A stretch of 64,000 nt of DNA from Promethearchaeia archaeon (GCA_029856155.1 JAHQWL010000072.1:58683-122682); one strand, 5' to 3'; positions 50,509-60,996 are shown, counted from the first letter of the stretch. The notes: a model not told the origin generated them from the sequence alone. Numbers and translations: made by a program.

Positions 50509-50895
50509 ATGGAGTTGGTTAAAATCCAAGATAAAAGAAGTCCATTTTTTATTAATATTGAAGATTCTCCAAAATTCATGCAAATGGAAGGATTAGAAAC
50601 CACAATTCTTACCGGTCTACACGGTGAGAAAATGACAATGGCACTCAATGCCACATTACCAGGTCACACTGTTCCTATGCATTCTCATAAGCATGAGCAA
50701 ATAGGCATAGTATATGGGGGAGAAGCAAATCTTCGAATTGGAGATGAAGAGCGGATTGTAAAAAAAGGAGATTTTTATTGTATACCCTCTAACACACCCC
50801 ACGGAGATAAGTGTATAGGTAATGAACCCTTTATTATGCTTGATATATTTTACCCAATTAGAGATGATTTTCTAAGAAAATTAAAGAACAAATAA
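50509..50895 (+). CDS. Cupin domain protein
   Basis: PMHSHKHEQ...G, GD...IPSNTPH, DIFYP.R. Confidence 0.92.
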   Translation: MELVKIQDKRSPFFINIEDSPKFMQMEGLETTILTGLHGEKMTMALNATLPGHTVPMHSHKHEQIGIVYGGEANLRIGDEERIVKKGDFYCIPSNTPHGDKCIGNEPFIMLDIFYPIRDDFLRKLKNK

Positions 50896-50932
50896 AAGCT
50901 TCTAGAATGAATCATTTTATTATAATAAGCAC

Positions 50933-51718
50933 TTAATTCATCTTATTTAAGGCAACTTTGATTGCTTCTCTAAGTTTACTTTTTTCTATTTCAGGACCTA
51001 CCTCTATCATTTCACCATTCACATAAATTCTTCGCTCAATCCCATATTGTTGTAAAACTTTTTGATCAACTGCTGAAAATTCATTAAGAATAACATAATT
51101 TCCGTATTCTGAGATTACTTCTCGAACTCTTTGCGCTTCAATATCACTAGTTAGACAAAATCTATTCCAAAATAAATCAATAACAACTTTCCCTTTGACA
51201 GGTTTAAAATTATAGTGTTCCTCTCTGAAATGAGGAGGTTCAGCACTTCGATTAAATGATTTCCAAAGGATTGCTTCTTCACCCCGTTTTTCTACGACTT
51301 TAAATCCTAATTTTAGAAAAAAGTCTGCTGGCATAAACCAAAAATCCCAAAAATACCCTATAGTTACAATTCCATTTCGATGTTGGTTTTGAGCTTCTTC
51401 TTCAGCAGCTTTTATTAATTTTTTTCCTATTCCTTTTTTCGAAAATTTAGATTGTGAAACTAAACAAGGGAATACCATCAAATCTCTACCTTGAATATTC
51501 CAAGGATTTATTTCAATTGGCATAATGTATAGAAATCCTGCATGAATACCATCTAAAAGAGCAACTTTGACTCTCAAGCCATGTTTTTCCATATTCCTAA
51601 GCCATGAGATACGTCGTAAACAAGATATTTCGCGTTCGGTATTATCCTCATTTACATGAGTACACGTACCAACATAATATTCATCGTCTTTAGTCATATT
51701 TCGAATACTAATTGACAT
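50933..51718 (-). CDS. GNAT acetyltransferase with a C-terminal thioredoxin-like (YoaP-like) domain
   Basis: HAGFLYIMP, FPCLV....KKGIGKKLI, FFLKLGF; FWNRFC...IYVNG. Confidence 0.75.
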   Translation of the reverse strand: MSISIRNMTKDDEYYVGTCTHVNEDNTEREISCLRRISWLRNMEKHGLRVKVALLDGIHAGFLYIMPIEINPWNIQGRDLMVFPCLVSQSKFSKKGIGKKLIKAAEEEAQNQHRNGIVTIGYFWDFWFMPADFFLKLGFKVVEKRGEEAILWKSFNRSAEPPHFREEHYNFKPVKGKVVIDLFWNRFCLTSDIEAQRVREVISEYGNYVILNEFSAVDQKVLQQYGIERRIYVNGEMIEVGPEIEKSKLREAIKVALNKMN

Positions 51719-51870
51719 TTTTCTTTTTCTCTATCTTAGTCTTAAAATTCATTTTACTCAAGAATAGTGATATTTGAAAAACAAATATACAAGTTAATAT
51801 TTATGTTATTTCCCTTGAAAAGAATATTAGAATTTAATAATAAAAAAAATTTAAATTAAATTTAGTTTAC

Positions 51871-54111
51871 TTAGTGTTTAGTTGGATTCTTCTTAATTTT
51901 AATAAGGATAATCGATATTATGCTTATTAATGCTAGAATGTAGAAAATATTGTACCCTGGGATTCTTGGTCCACTGGGAGAAGGTATTTCAACAGTCACT
52001 TGAATAGAATTTGAAAGTTGATGACCTATCTCATTATAGGCAACGACAACATAATAATAGGTACCGGTACCTAAACCCGAAATTGGGTACTCAAGATCAT
52101 TAATACCTTCATCAATCATAGTCTCAGATCCTGTAAGCGCTGTAATAGGAGTGTTACTTAAAAATATAGAATAATTATCTGCTCCCGCAGAGTCTGTCCA
52201 TAGAAGATCAAAGGCTCCATCTGTGTCCGGGTCATTAGCATTGGAACTTAATATAAAATCACCAGGACGTAGAATTTTAATATATATAGGGAAGTGGTCT
52301 TGGCTTCCAGCAGCACCTGTGATATTATATTCAATATCCCCGATACCATTTTTATCTAAATCCTTACCAGTATAATCATCCCAATAATTACCAATTGAAC
52401 CATTATCCCATTGGTTATTATTTGGATTGCTATCATCTTGAGCATTAATATTATTTCCAACGAAGTAATTTAAATAGAAGAGGTTGTCAGCACAGTTATT
52501 ATCTTCTATAAAAGCTCCTATATTTTTATTATTATAAATGCTATTGTGAGTGAAGGTATTATTATCACAATCATCATTTAAAACTATTCCATTATACTGA
52601 TCAATTGTAGCGTCATTACTTATTTTGTTTTTAATAATGTCATTATCTTTGCATCCTTGCCATAATTCTATACCACATTGAGTGTTATCCTTTATGCTAT
52701 TATTCAAAATTGTATTATTATCACTGTCGTAATAGATTAATAATCCTTTCCTATTATAGCTAAGAGTATTGTTTGAAACAATGTTATTATCACATTCCCA
52801 TTGAAAATAAATCCCATCATTTGAGTTTGTTATTATATTATTCTCTGTAATGTTATTCAAATCACAATTATATAATCGAATTCCATAGCTGTTGCTTTTG
52901 ATAATATTTTTATTAATACTGTTATTAGTACAATAACCATACATCTCTATTCCATAATAGTTATTGTTTATTGTATTATTAGTGAATGAGTTATCATTGC
53001 AGTTATAATACACCTTAATTCCAAACCGAGTGTTATCTTCCATAGTATTGTTCTCAAAAGTATTATCAGAACTATAATATAATCCTAATCCACAGGATCC
53101 ACTTGATAAATTTAAATCAGAGATATAAGAATTGCTACAATTAACTAATAATATTTGCCCTGGATTTGTAAAATTATTCTTATCCAATCCAATTTCGTCA
53201 ACATAATAATAAACAGATTTTCCATTTACTGTATTGTTTGTAGAAATTATATATGAAGAGATACTGGTCAGTCCTCCTTCAATATATACACCACAATTTT
53301 TCATTTCATTTCCAGATAATTTACCATTCGTAGCAAACATTAGATATATCCCATAATAACTACAATCGTTTATTCTATTATTTGTTATAATATTATCATC
53401 ACTATTAACCCAAATTCCATAATAACTAATACCACTAGTTATATTGTTTAATGATATGGTATTTTCATTACTATCCCCAGATAACCTGATTCCGTAAAAA
53501 CATGTCTTAATTTTGTTATAAACAATCGAATTGTTGTTACATTCATCGTACAAAAAGACTCCTGCGTCTGTATTTTGATAGAGTGTATTATTGATTATAG
53601 TATTATTATTGCTGCCTGTCATTAAAAGAATTCCAGCATTTCCATTATCTGAACAGTTATTATTAAAGATCATTCCGTTAGTTACATTAACAAACTTAAT
53701 ACCCCCATCATAATTGTCTGTTCCAGAGTTATAGGCTGTACAGTTAATTATTTTAAAATATTTTTTTGAGTTTCTAATTTCTATGCAATTATCTACTGCG
53801 TTACCATTAATACTAATATTTTTGATTATATAGGGATCATTTTGAAGTCCATTTCCCTCACACCATGGTTCCGATATCGCTTCTGCCCATGTATAATTAC
53901 CACCACCAGTGTCATCAATTATAAATGGTGAAATCTCCCAATATCCTCCCAGTTTCAAGCTTTTTATAGGGTAATCGCCATAATATTCTTGATCCTCAAA
54001 CATTTCAATAGGATTATTAACGTCAATATTTTGAAGAGTATTCAATCCAAAATATAAGGGAATGCATAAAATGAATAAAATTAATAGCTCCTTTTTTTTA
54101 ATTTCTCTCAT
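51871..54111 (-). CDS. Cell-surface parallel beta-helix (NosD-like) protein with an FN3-like domain and Loki-CTERM-like anchor
   Basis: Signal peptide; repeated GI.L..S.NN.I..N; GNYWDDY.G.D; YYYVVVAYN; C-terminal IPGYN + TM + basic tail. Confidence 0.88.
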   Translation of the reverse strand: MREIKKKELLILFILCIPLYFGLNTLQNIDVNNPIEMFEDQEYYGDYPIKSLKLGGYWEISPFIIDDTGGGNYTWAEAISEPWCEGNGLQNDPYIIKNISINGNAVDNCIEIRNSKKYFKIINCTAYNSGTDNYDGGIKFVNVTNGMIFNNNCSDNGNAGILLMTGSNNNTIINNTLYQNTDAGVFLYDECNNNSIVYNKIKTCFYGIRLSGDSNENTISLNNITSGISYYGIWVNSDDNIITNNRINDCSYYGIYLMFATNGKLSGNEMKNCGVYIEGGLTSISSYIISTNNTVNGKSVYYYVDEIGLDKNNFTNPGQILLVNCSNSYISDLNLSSGSCGLGLYYSSDNTFENNTMEDNTRFGIKVYYNCNDNSFTNNTINNNYYGIEMYGYCTNNSINKNIIKSNSYGIRLYNCDLNNITENNIITNSNDGIYFQWECDNNIVSNNTLSYNRKGLLIYYDSDNNTILNNSIKDNTQCGIELWQGCKDNDIIKNKISNDATIDQYNGIVLNDDCDNNTFTHNSIYNNKNIGAFIEDNNCADNLFYLNYFVGNNINAQDDSNPNNNQWDNGSIGNYWDDYTGKDLDKNGIGDIEYNITGAAGSQDHFPIYIKILRPGDFILSSNANDPDTDGAFDLLWTDSAGADNYSIFLSNTPITALTGSETMIDEGINDLEYPISGLGTGTYYYVVVAYNEIGHQLSNSIQVTVEIPSPSGPRIPGYNIFYILALISIISIILIKIKKNPTKH

Positions 54112-54192
54112 AACTCTCTACTTTTTTAAAAAATTTTTAATAATATACATCACAGCATAAATATTAATAAATATGTTTATTTTAGATTAAAA

Positions 54193-54497
54193 ATGAAAAA
54201 AAACAACATTTCTTTAGTGTTATTAGACCATATCGTAATGATTTCATAACTAATCTAAAAGAAGAAGAAAAAATCATGTCTGATCATTTTCTTTACCTAA
54301 AAGCGCTATTGGAACAGAAAAGATTATATTTAGCGGGTCCAACGTTAATATCCGAAGATCCATTTGGACTTATAATTCTTGAAGCAGAAACAGAACTAGA
54401 AGCGAGAAATTTACTTGAAAATGATCTTTCAGTTAAAGCTGGCATTCAGCAAATAGCAGAATTTAGACCTATACGACTCTCTTTAACGAGAAAATAG
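54193..54497 (+). CDS. YciI-like protein with a frameshift in an A8 run right after the start codon
   Basis: Frame from 54204 reads QHFFSVIRPYRNDFITNLKEEEKIMSDHFLYLK...LAGPT...GLIILEAE....A..L..ND; ATG 54193 is one base out of frame. Confidence 0.7.
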
Positions 54498-54635
54498 AGA
54501 TTTTAAAATTAAATAGAAGAATTATTAATCTCATCAGTTTTATGATTATAAAATCACAAACTATTAATTTTTTAGTTCATAATATCAATCACTTAACTTC
54601 ATTAAATTTCATCATTTTTACGAGATGTTCAAACT

Positions 54636-55235
54636 GTGTTTAAACTTTACACCATCGAAGGAAAGATAGAGATACCTCCATTTCTTTTTGGCCAAGAAAA
54701 AGAAATTAGTGCAAGAATCATTCTTTCAGAAGATTATGAGGGTATTATCACACGAGACTATGGGTTTGTTATAGCAGTTGTAGATGTTCTTAATGTGGGA
54801 ATGGGGATAATTATACCTGGCAATGCAAATACCTTCCATGAAGTAGAATTCACAATACTTTCATTCAAACCAACAGTTTCAGAAGTCGTAGAAGGTACCG
54901 TAGTTGAAATTGTTGATTTCGGTTCATTTGTCCGTCTAGGTCCATTGGATGGGTTAGTCCATGTATCTCAGATCTGTGATGATTATATCTCTTACGAACA
55001 AGTTGGAAATCGATTTATTGGCAAAGAAACCGGAAAAATCCTTGAAGTTAATGACCAAGTAAGAGCAAAGATAATTGCAGTTTCTTTAGGTACTGGAAGA
55101 AGCGGGAAACTTGGATTAACAATGAGGCAAAAATTTCTGGGAAAAGATGAGTGGATAGCAGCTGATATTGAAGAAACCTATGCAGAAAAGGAACCAAAAC
55201 AAACAGAGCCAAATAATGAAGATGATATTACATAA
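54636..55235 (+). CDS. rpoE1: RNA polymerase subunit Rpo7 (E')
   Basis: IPP..F, EVVEG.V..IVDFG.FVRLGPLDGLVHVSQI, GLTMRQ..LGK. Confidence 0.96.
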   Translation: MFKLYTIEGKIEIPPFLFGQEKEISARIILSEDYEGIITRDYGFVIAVVDVLNVGMGIIIPGNANTFHEVEFTILSFKPTVSEVVEGTVVEIVDFGSFVRLGPLDGLVHVSQICDDYISYEQVGNRFIGKETGKILEVNDQVRAKIIAVSLGTGRSGKLGLTMRQKFLGKDEWIAADIEETYAEKEPKQTEPNNEDDIT

Positions 55236-55264
55236 TATTAAATTAAAAAGGAGATTGAATAATT

Positions 55265-55453
55265 GTGAAAGAGAAAGCTTGCAAAAATTGTCATTTGATA
55301 ACTAAAAATGAGACAATCTGTCCTAAATGTAAAACACATACTCTAAGCGAAGACTTCACAGGGGAAGTTATAATAATAAATCCTAAAGAATCAAAATTTG
55401 CTGAGTATTTAAAAATCCATTTTCCAGGAAAGTATGCTTTAAGAGTTAGGTAA
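55265..55453 (+). CDS. spt4: Transcription elongation factor Spt4 (RpoE'')
   Basis: KACKNC...CPKC...G.VIIINP..S..A....I..PGKYALRVR. Confidence 0.95.
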   Translation: MKEKACKNCHLITKNETICPKCKTHTLSEDFTGEVIIINPKESKFAEYLKIHFPGKYALRVR

Positions 55454-55522
55454 TTTTTTTTCTATCAATTAAATACTTAGTAAGCCTTTTTAATGTTTAT
55501 TTTATTTAGGATCTTGATATAA

Positions 55523-56110
55523 ATGGATAATAATTTAGGAATTCCTCAAGATAAAAGGCATTTATTTGCAGAACCATTAGATATTTTAATAGCAGGTTCA
55601 AGAGAGGAAACAATAATTCAAGTAGAAAACATTATTAGAGATAATTTAGAGTCTGGAGTTGCAATAAACTTCTATATAGTTGGAGATATTGTTGCGAAAG
55701 ATTTTTTATCTAACCAATTTCTAAGGAATTTTATTAAAATTTGCATAATTGATGAAAAAACACAAAGAAGTCATTTAAAATTAGAATTTGAGGAATTTTT
55801 TGAACATACTATTGAGTTTAAAAATCCAGAGGGAACAATAAATAAAGAATGCTGGAAACTCTTTAGAGAGGTTATCACTTCTGGGAAAAAAACATTAATT
55901 AAAATAATTGAAGGAGAAGAAGATTTATTGATACTCCCCCTTGTACTTGAAATTCCAATATTGAAAGATGTGAAAAATTTTGCTTTCTATGGTCAACCAC
56001 CTATAACTGATTTAAAGTATCAAATTCCTGAAGGAATTGTAATTGTCGATGTTGATATAAATATTCAAGAAAAAGTCAAAAAAGTAATATCAATAATGGA
56101 AGAGTTCTAA
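55523..56110 (+). CDS. GTP-dependent dephospho-CoA kinase (DUF359)
   Basis: VGDIV, IDEKTQR, NPEGTI, GEEDLL, YGQP; conserved position after spt4. Confidence 0.9.
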   Translation: MDNNLGIPQDKRHLFAEPLDILIAGSREETIIQVENIIRDNLESGVAINFYIVGDIVAKDFLSNQFLRNFIKICIIDEKTQRSHLKLEFEEFFEHTIEFKNPEGTINKECWKLFREVITSGKKTLIKIIEGEEDLLILPLVLEIPILKDVKNFAFYGQPPITDLKYQIPEGIVIVDVDINIQEKVKKVISIMEEF

Positions 56111-56219
56111 AGATTTAACTTTCACTTAAAAGAAAAAGCAAAATTTTATTTTTTATCTATTCTTTTGAATGTTATATTTTAGTAAAAATCTTCAATAAAT
56201 AAATACTACTGCTAGAAAG

Positions 56220-56567
56220 ATGTCGTTAAACATTGAAATAACCGAAGAGAAGAAAAATCCTCTTATTGAACGAACAGAATTAACCTTTAGAATTGATAAT
56301 TTTGGAGTAAGTACTCCAAATAGATTAGAAGTAAAGAAGAAAATAGCCGCACTACAAGGAAGCGATGAAAAATTAACAATAATCGTAAATCTTAAAACCC
56401 GTTTTGGAGCATCTTATACTATTGGGAAAGCATATATCTATAGTAACGCTAAAGAGCTTCAATATTACACCCCATTCCATATTCAAGTACGAAATCTTGA
56501 AAAAGATAAAAGAACTGAAATATACCAACTGAAAAAAAGAAAAGAAAGTTATAAACATCTATTTTAA
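56220..56567 (+). CDS. rps24e: 30S ribosomal protein eS24
   Basis: NPLIER.E, TPNR, TRFG...G.A.IY. Confidence 0.93.
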   Translation: MSLNIEITEEKKNPLIERTELTFRIDNFGVSTPNRLEVKKKIAALQGSDEKLTIIVNLKTRFGASYTIGKAYIYSNAKELQYYTPFHIQVRNLEKDKRTEIYQLKKRKESYKHLF

Positions 56568-56597
56568 TATTAATTATAATAAAAATCTAAGATTAAA

Positions 56598-56804
56598 ATG
56601 AATTCCTCAAATTATTATAAACTCGAAGGAGATAAATTAGTAAGAACTCATAGAGCATGTGCTAAGTGCGGGCCTTCTTATTTCCTTGCTGATCACTATG
56701 ATAGATCTTCATGTGGGAAATGTGGTTATACGGTATTCAAAAGAAAAGGAGCTGCTAAAAGTAAAGCTATTCGACGAACTCCCAGAAAACGTCAAAAAGC
56801 ATAA
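56598..56804 (+). CDS. rps27ae: 30S ribosomal protein eS31 (S27ae), no ubiquitin fusion
   Basis: YY...R...CAKCG...FLADHYDR..CGKCGYT. Confidence 0.95.
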   Translation: MNSSNYYKLEGDKLVRTHRACAKCGPSYFLADHYDRSSCGKCGYTVFKRKGAAKSKAIRRTPRKRQKA

Positions 56805-56931
56805 AAATAATATTAGTTAGACTTTAGATACTTTATTTGATTGAAATAATAAATCTATGTTATTTCTTTATATTCAAGTCTCTTTTTCACTTTAAAAGTT
56901 AATCATCTGAATTAAAAATTTGGCGAAATTT

Positions 56932-57936
56932 ATGAAAAAGATGTGTTTAGGCATTGAATCTACTGCACATACATTTTCAGCAGGAATTCTCGATTTTGAT
57001 GGAAATGTTTACAGTTTAATAAATGATATCTTTATACCTGAAGAGGGAGGGCTTCATCCTGCCTTAGTCAGAGAACAACATTTAAATAACTTTATGAGGG
57101 TTATAAATAAAGCCCTTACTGAAGCTAATATTTCTGTAAAAAACATTACTTTAATTTCCTTTAGTCAAAGCCCTGGTTTAGGACCTGTTTTAAAAATTGG
57201 AGCTTGGGTTGCCCGTATCTTAAGCCAAATTTTAGAAATTCCAATAATAGGAGTAAATCATTGTATTGGACATATAGAAATTGGACGTTTAAAATGTAAT
57301 ATTGAAGATCCACTCACTCTATACGTTTCAGGGGGAAATACAATAGTTAGTGCGTTTGAATCAAAAAGATATCAAATATTTGGTGAGACTTTAGATTTAG
57401 CTTTAGGTAATATGATTGATTCTTTTGCGCGAGATGCGGGATTACAACATCCGGGGGGTCCAAAAATTGAAAATATAGCTTTACGTTCAAAAAATTTTAT
57501 TCCATTACCATATATTGTAAAAGGAATGGATTTATCTTTCTCTGGGTTATATACAGCAGCAAAAAATCTGCTCCAATCTGATGAATTCAATAAAAAGTAT
57601 AATTTAAATGATCTAGCCTATTCTTTACAAGAAACTGCTTTTGGAATGCTAAGTGAAGTTACTGAAAGGGCTTTAGCTCATACTGAAAAAAAAGAAGTTC
57701 TTCTTACTGGAGGAGTCGCAGCAAATAAAAGATTACAATCTATGATAGAAGATATCAGTAAAGAGCATGATGCTAGGTTTGAAGTTGTACCCTCAAAATA
57801 TGCAGGTGATAATGGTGCAATGATTGGATGGGCGGGAATATTAAGATATAAAGCAGAAGGAGGATTTAATATTTCTGAAACAATTATTAAACCTAAAGAA
57901 AGAATGGATCAGATAACAATTCCTTGGAGGTCTTAA
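56932..57936 (+). CDS. kae1: KEOPS t6A synthase Kae1
   Basis: LGIESTAHT, GGLHP, SPGLGP, VNHCIGHIE, YVSGGNT, GETLD, GGVAAN, DNGAMI. Confidence 0.97.
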   Translation: MKKMCLGIESTAHTFSAGILDFDGNVYSLINDIFIPEEGGLHPALVREQHLNNFMRVINKALTEANISVKNITLISFSQSPGLGPVLKIGAWVARILSQILEIPIIGVNHCIGHIEIGRLKCNIEDPLTLYVSGGNTIVSAFESKRYQIFGETLDLALGNMIDSFARDAGLQHPGGPKIENIALRSKNFIPLPYIVKGMDLSFSGLYTAAKNLLQSDEFNKKYNLNDLAYSLQETAFGMLSEVTERALAHTEKKEVLLTGGVAANKRLQSMIEDISKEHDARFEVVPSKYAGDNGAMIGWAGILRYKAEGGFNISETIIKPKERMDQITIPWRS

Positions 57937-57942
57937 GAGAAA

Positions 57943-58617
57943 TTGAGCTCGGATGTGAAAAAAGAAAAAATAATTAGAAAAGGTGCTGAGGCTAGTCTTT
58001 ATTATGGACATTGGTTTGGTAAAGAAGTGATATTTAAGTATAGAATTCCAAAGAAATACCGTATAGAGGAATTGGATAAGAGAATTAGAACTGAAAGAAC
58101 CTTAAATGAAGCTCGAGCTTTGATTAAAGTAAAAAATTATGGAATAAATGTTCCACAAGTATTTGAAATTGACTCAACTAATTCCACAATCATTATGAAG
58201 TATATACAAGGGGATAAACTAAAAGATGTCTTGTCTGATTTAGATATTGAACAAAAGAATAAATATTTCAATGAAATAGGTAGAATTATAGCAACTTTAC
58301 ATAAAAATGGGCATATTCATGGAGATATAACTACAAGTAATATTATATTAACTTCAAATAAAGACATTTTTCTCATTGATTTTGGCCTACATGCATATTC
58401 TGATACGATAGAAGATAAAAGTGTTGATCTACATCTTCTTAAAAGGGTTTTGATTTCTTCTCATGGGAAAGATTATGAATGTTGTTTTACTGCGTTTCTT
58501 AACGGGTATAAATCAGAATATGTTAAAGCGGGATTATCCGAATATGATGAGATCATTAAGAATATTGGAGCAATCGAAACCAGAGGGAGATATATAAAAT
58601 CGGATCAAAGAACATAA
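57943..58617 (+). CDS. bud32: KEOPS kinase/ATPase Bud32
   Basis: GAEA, K.RIPKKYR, EAR, HGDITTSN, IDFGL, EDKSVDL, RGRY. Confidence 0.95.
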   Translation: MSSDVKKEKIIRKGAEASLYYGHWFGKEVIFKYRIPKKYRIEELDKRIRTERTLNEARALIKVKNYGINVPQVFEIDSTNSTIIMKYIQGDKLKDVLSDLDIEQKNKYFNEIGRIIATLHKNGHIHGDITTSNIILTSNKDIFLIDFGLHAYSDTIEDKSVDLHLLKRVLISSHGKDYECCFTAFLNGYKSEYVKAGLSEYDEIIKNIGAIETRGRYIKSDQRT

Positions 58618-58913
58618 GAATATTTGATCTAACATCCTAATAGCTTTAAAGGAGATTTTATGAATGTAGTAAAATATTTTCAACCAAACTATTAATATGT
58701 ATTAATTTGTTTCATCTACATAATTAAACAATCAAAATTTTGTATATTGCTTTAAATACCCCACCAACTTTATATAGAGAAATAACTTATAATATTATAT
58801 TGGAAAAGAGTGAATAAAATTTAAGGGCAAAGAATATAACTGCTTTCTATTTCACTTTTATCATCTGAAATAAGAGAATTTTAGAAACAGAAATTTGTTG
58901 AGTTAGTACCGCC

Positions 58914-59123
58914 GTGACAGATACCGATAAAGAGAAAAAAAAGAAGAAAATGGTAAATATAACCATTAATTTACCCGGGATTTATGATGAAAATATTAAG
59001 AAATTAATCGGTATGAAGATTGTGGCCAGTCGTTCTGCAGCAATTCGCACGGCTCTAAGAGATTTTCTTCACAATGAATATAATAACCTTAAATTATTAG
59101 GTTTTTTTGAAGAGGGATCCTAA
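58914..59123 (+). CDS. Ribbon-helix-helix (CopG/Arc) protein
   Basis: ITINLP..Y...I..L.....SRSAAIRTALRDFL. Confidence 0.85.
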   Translation: MTDTDKEKKKKKMVNITINLPGIYDENIKKLIGMKIVASRSAAIRTALRDFLHNEYNNLKLLGFFEEGS

Positions 59124-59214
59124 AAAATATATTAAGATTCATTATAACTCCACGTCAAAATTTAATATAATAATTTACTTACTTTTACTATATTATCCTT
59201 ATTCCTTAAAGACA

Positions 59215-59799
59215 ATGTTAATATATTCAGTAACTGAGAATGGTGCTCTAAGAAAGATAAATAAAGTGGATTTTAATGAAAATAAAGTTTATCTAATCGA
59301 TGATATTAAGATAGTATACATTTGGTTAGGCCAAAAAGCTTCCAAAAAAAAGAAAAATTATGGCATAAATCGAGCAGAAAAGATCAAGAAAGAACGAGAG
59401 AAACCCGTGAAAATTCAAATTATCAATCAAAATCAAGAATATGGCTCATTTTTGGCAATAAAAGATATTTTGAAAAAGGGTTTAACACCAGATAATAATG
59501 AGAGGCGACCGGAATTAAAAATAAAATTCGAGAAAACAATTGAACTTATTGAAGCTGGAATAGATCCTGATTTTGAAGCTGAAATCACTCTAAGCGCTCA
59601 CGAACTTGCTCAAAAAAACCACTCATATGATGATTTAGCACGAACTCTAGCAATATTGCAATTGTCCTTTTTAAAGGGAGAAGCATCAGAAAACGAAATT
59701 AAAGCAAAAACTGAGGAAATAATTAAATCTTCCTCAACATATGAGGAGCTTTGTTGGTTAATCGCTGAATTAAGTAAATTATTAGTAAAAAAATCTTAA
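59215..59799 (+). CDS. Single-domain gelsolin/villin-like protein with a C-terminal helical domain (1DGelX-like)
   Basis: DFNENKVYLID...VYIWLG.KAS...A..I.....KIQIINQNQEYGSF; ATG 59215 avoids the overlap with the RHH gene. Confidence 0.8.
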   Translation: MLIYSVTENGALRKINKVDFNENKVYLIDDIKIVYIWLGQKASKKKKNYGINRAEKIKKEREKPVKIQIINQNQEYGSFLAIKDILKKGLTPDNNERRPELKIKFEKTIELIEAGIDPDFEAEITLSAHELAQKNHSYDDLARTLAILQLSFLKGEASENEIKAKTEEIIKSSSTYEELCWLIAELSKLLVKKS

Positions 59800-59800
59800 A

Positions 59801-60316
59801 TTACACGGTTACACTACATTTTATTGTTAATGGAGTTTTACAATTAATAAATTTAATATATTTATTGAACAATTCGTTTATTGCTTTAATATAGCACCCC
59901 CTTTTCCCTACAGCTATGTGATAATTATTTAAATCCTTTAAGAAATAAATCGAGATTTCATATTTTCCTTTTATATGATTTATTTCGATATCCACATTGT
60001 CAATATATAAATCTGCAAACAAATTAAATATAAAGTTTATCAGAATCTTATCATCTCTAATTATCAGAACTTTTCGGTGTTTAATTTCATTCCTTATTGA
60101 GTTTAAATGTCTTTTTGCTTGGAAGTAGTCATTCTTGTTAATAAAAAAGAAAATAAAATGTTCCTCTTCGATTTCTATGCTGATAATATAGGAGGGGTCA
60201 ATTTGCGTTTTATTATAAAAGTAATTATGGAGTTTAAGCTCGTCATTTGAATATTTTGAAGGTTTAATTGTTAAGCTCTGATAAAGAATTAAATCATCGA
60301 GAATGGTGTAGAACAT
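59801..60316 (-). CDS. Divergent archaeal NusA-like KH-domain protein
   Basis: IRNEIKHRKVLII....FIFNLF; C-terminal KH motif IAVGKRGCYIKAINEL. Confidence 0.6.
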   Translation of the reverse strand: MFYTILDDLILYQSLTIKPSKYSNDELKLHNYFYNKTQIDPSYIISIEIEEEHFIFFFINKNDYFQAKRHLNSIRNEIKHRKVLIIRDDKILINFIFNLFADLYIDNVDIEINHIKGKYEISIYFLKDLNNYHIAVGKRGCYIKAINELFNKYIKFINCKTPLTIKCSVTV

Positions 60317-60419
60317 TAACTAAATATCTTAGAACAAATATATAAAGTAGTATAAAATCCGTAACTACGAGTATTAGAAAGAAGTTTTAATTATAGTTTT
60401 AATATTATAACAAGTTCAA

Positions 60420-60965
60420 CTATTTAATCAAATTATAGAATCTAGCAAGAAAAAAAGCATTTATAGTTGAACTATGTATAATATCACCATTATTAATTAT
60501 TTTATGTATTTCTTCAATGGAAAATTCATATACTGAAATTATTTCATTTGAATCTATTGGTTTCGAATTAATTCTTTTCACAATAGCAAAATAAAGGTAA
60601 TTCCACGCAGTATTAAGAAATGATATTTTTGTTTTTCCTAAAAAAGTAATACTCTCCACCTTATAACCTGTTTCCTCTTCTGTTTCTCTTATTGCAGCTT
60701 CCTTAGGTTTCTCACCTTTGTCGATTAAACCTCCAACCGTAGTTTTTGTTTTTGTTTGCCATGGGTAGGGATATGCATCCACAAGAATAATTTTACCCTC
60801 AATTGTCTGGCAAATAACTGTAACAAAATCTCTCCCTTCAATAACAACATATTCTATTTGTTGACCATCTGGTCTTAATACTAAATCATTTCTCAAACCA
60901 ATAAAACGATTTCGAAATATTATTCTTTCTTCTAATTGCTGCCAAATATAATTATCTTGGTTCAT
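60420..60965 (-). CDS. NUDIX hydrolase (ADP-ribose pyrophosphatase-like)
   Basis: Nudix box GGLIDKGEKPKEAAIRETEEETG. Confidence 0.92.
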   Translation of the reverse strand: MNQDNYIWQQLEERIIFRNRFIGLRNDLVLRPDGQQIEYVVIEGRDFVTVICQTIEGKIILVDAYPYPWQTKTKTTVGGLIDKGEKPKEAAIRETEEETGYKVESITFLGKTKISFLNTAWNYLYFAIVKRINSKPIDSNEIISVYEFSIEEIHKIINNGDIIHSSTINAFFLARFYNLIK

Positions 60966-60996
60966 GTGATATTCAATGATTTAAATCAATATAATT

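Noticed and set aside
51871-54111. Asn-rich periodicity as a DNA repeat array or CRISPR
   Set aside because: Explained by beta-helix coding repeats; there are no identical repeat-spacer units
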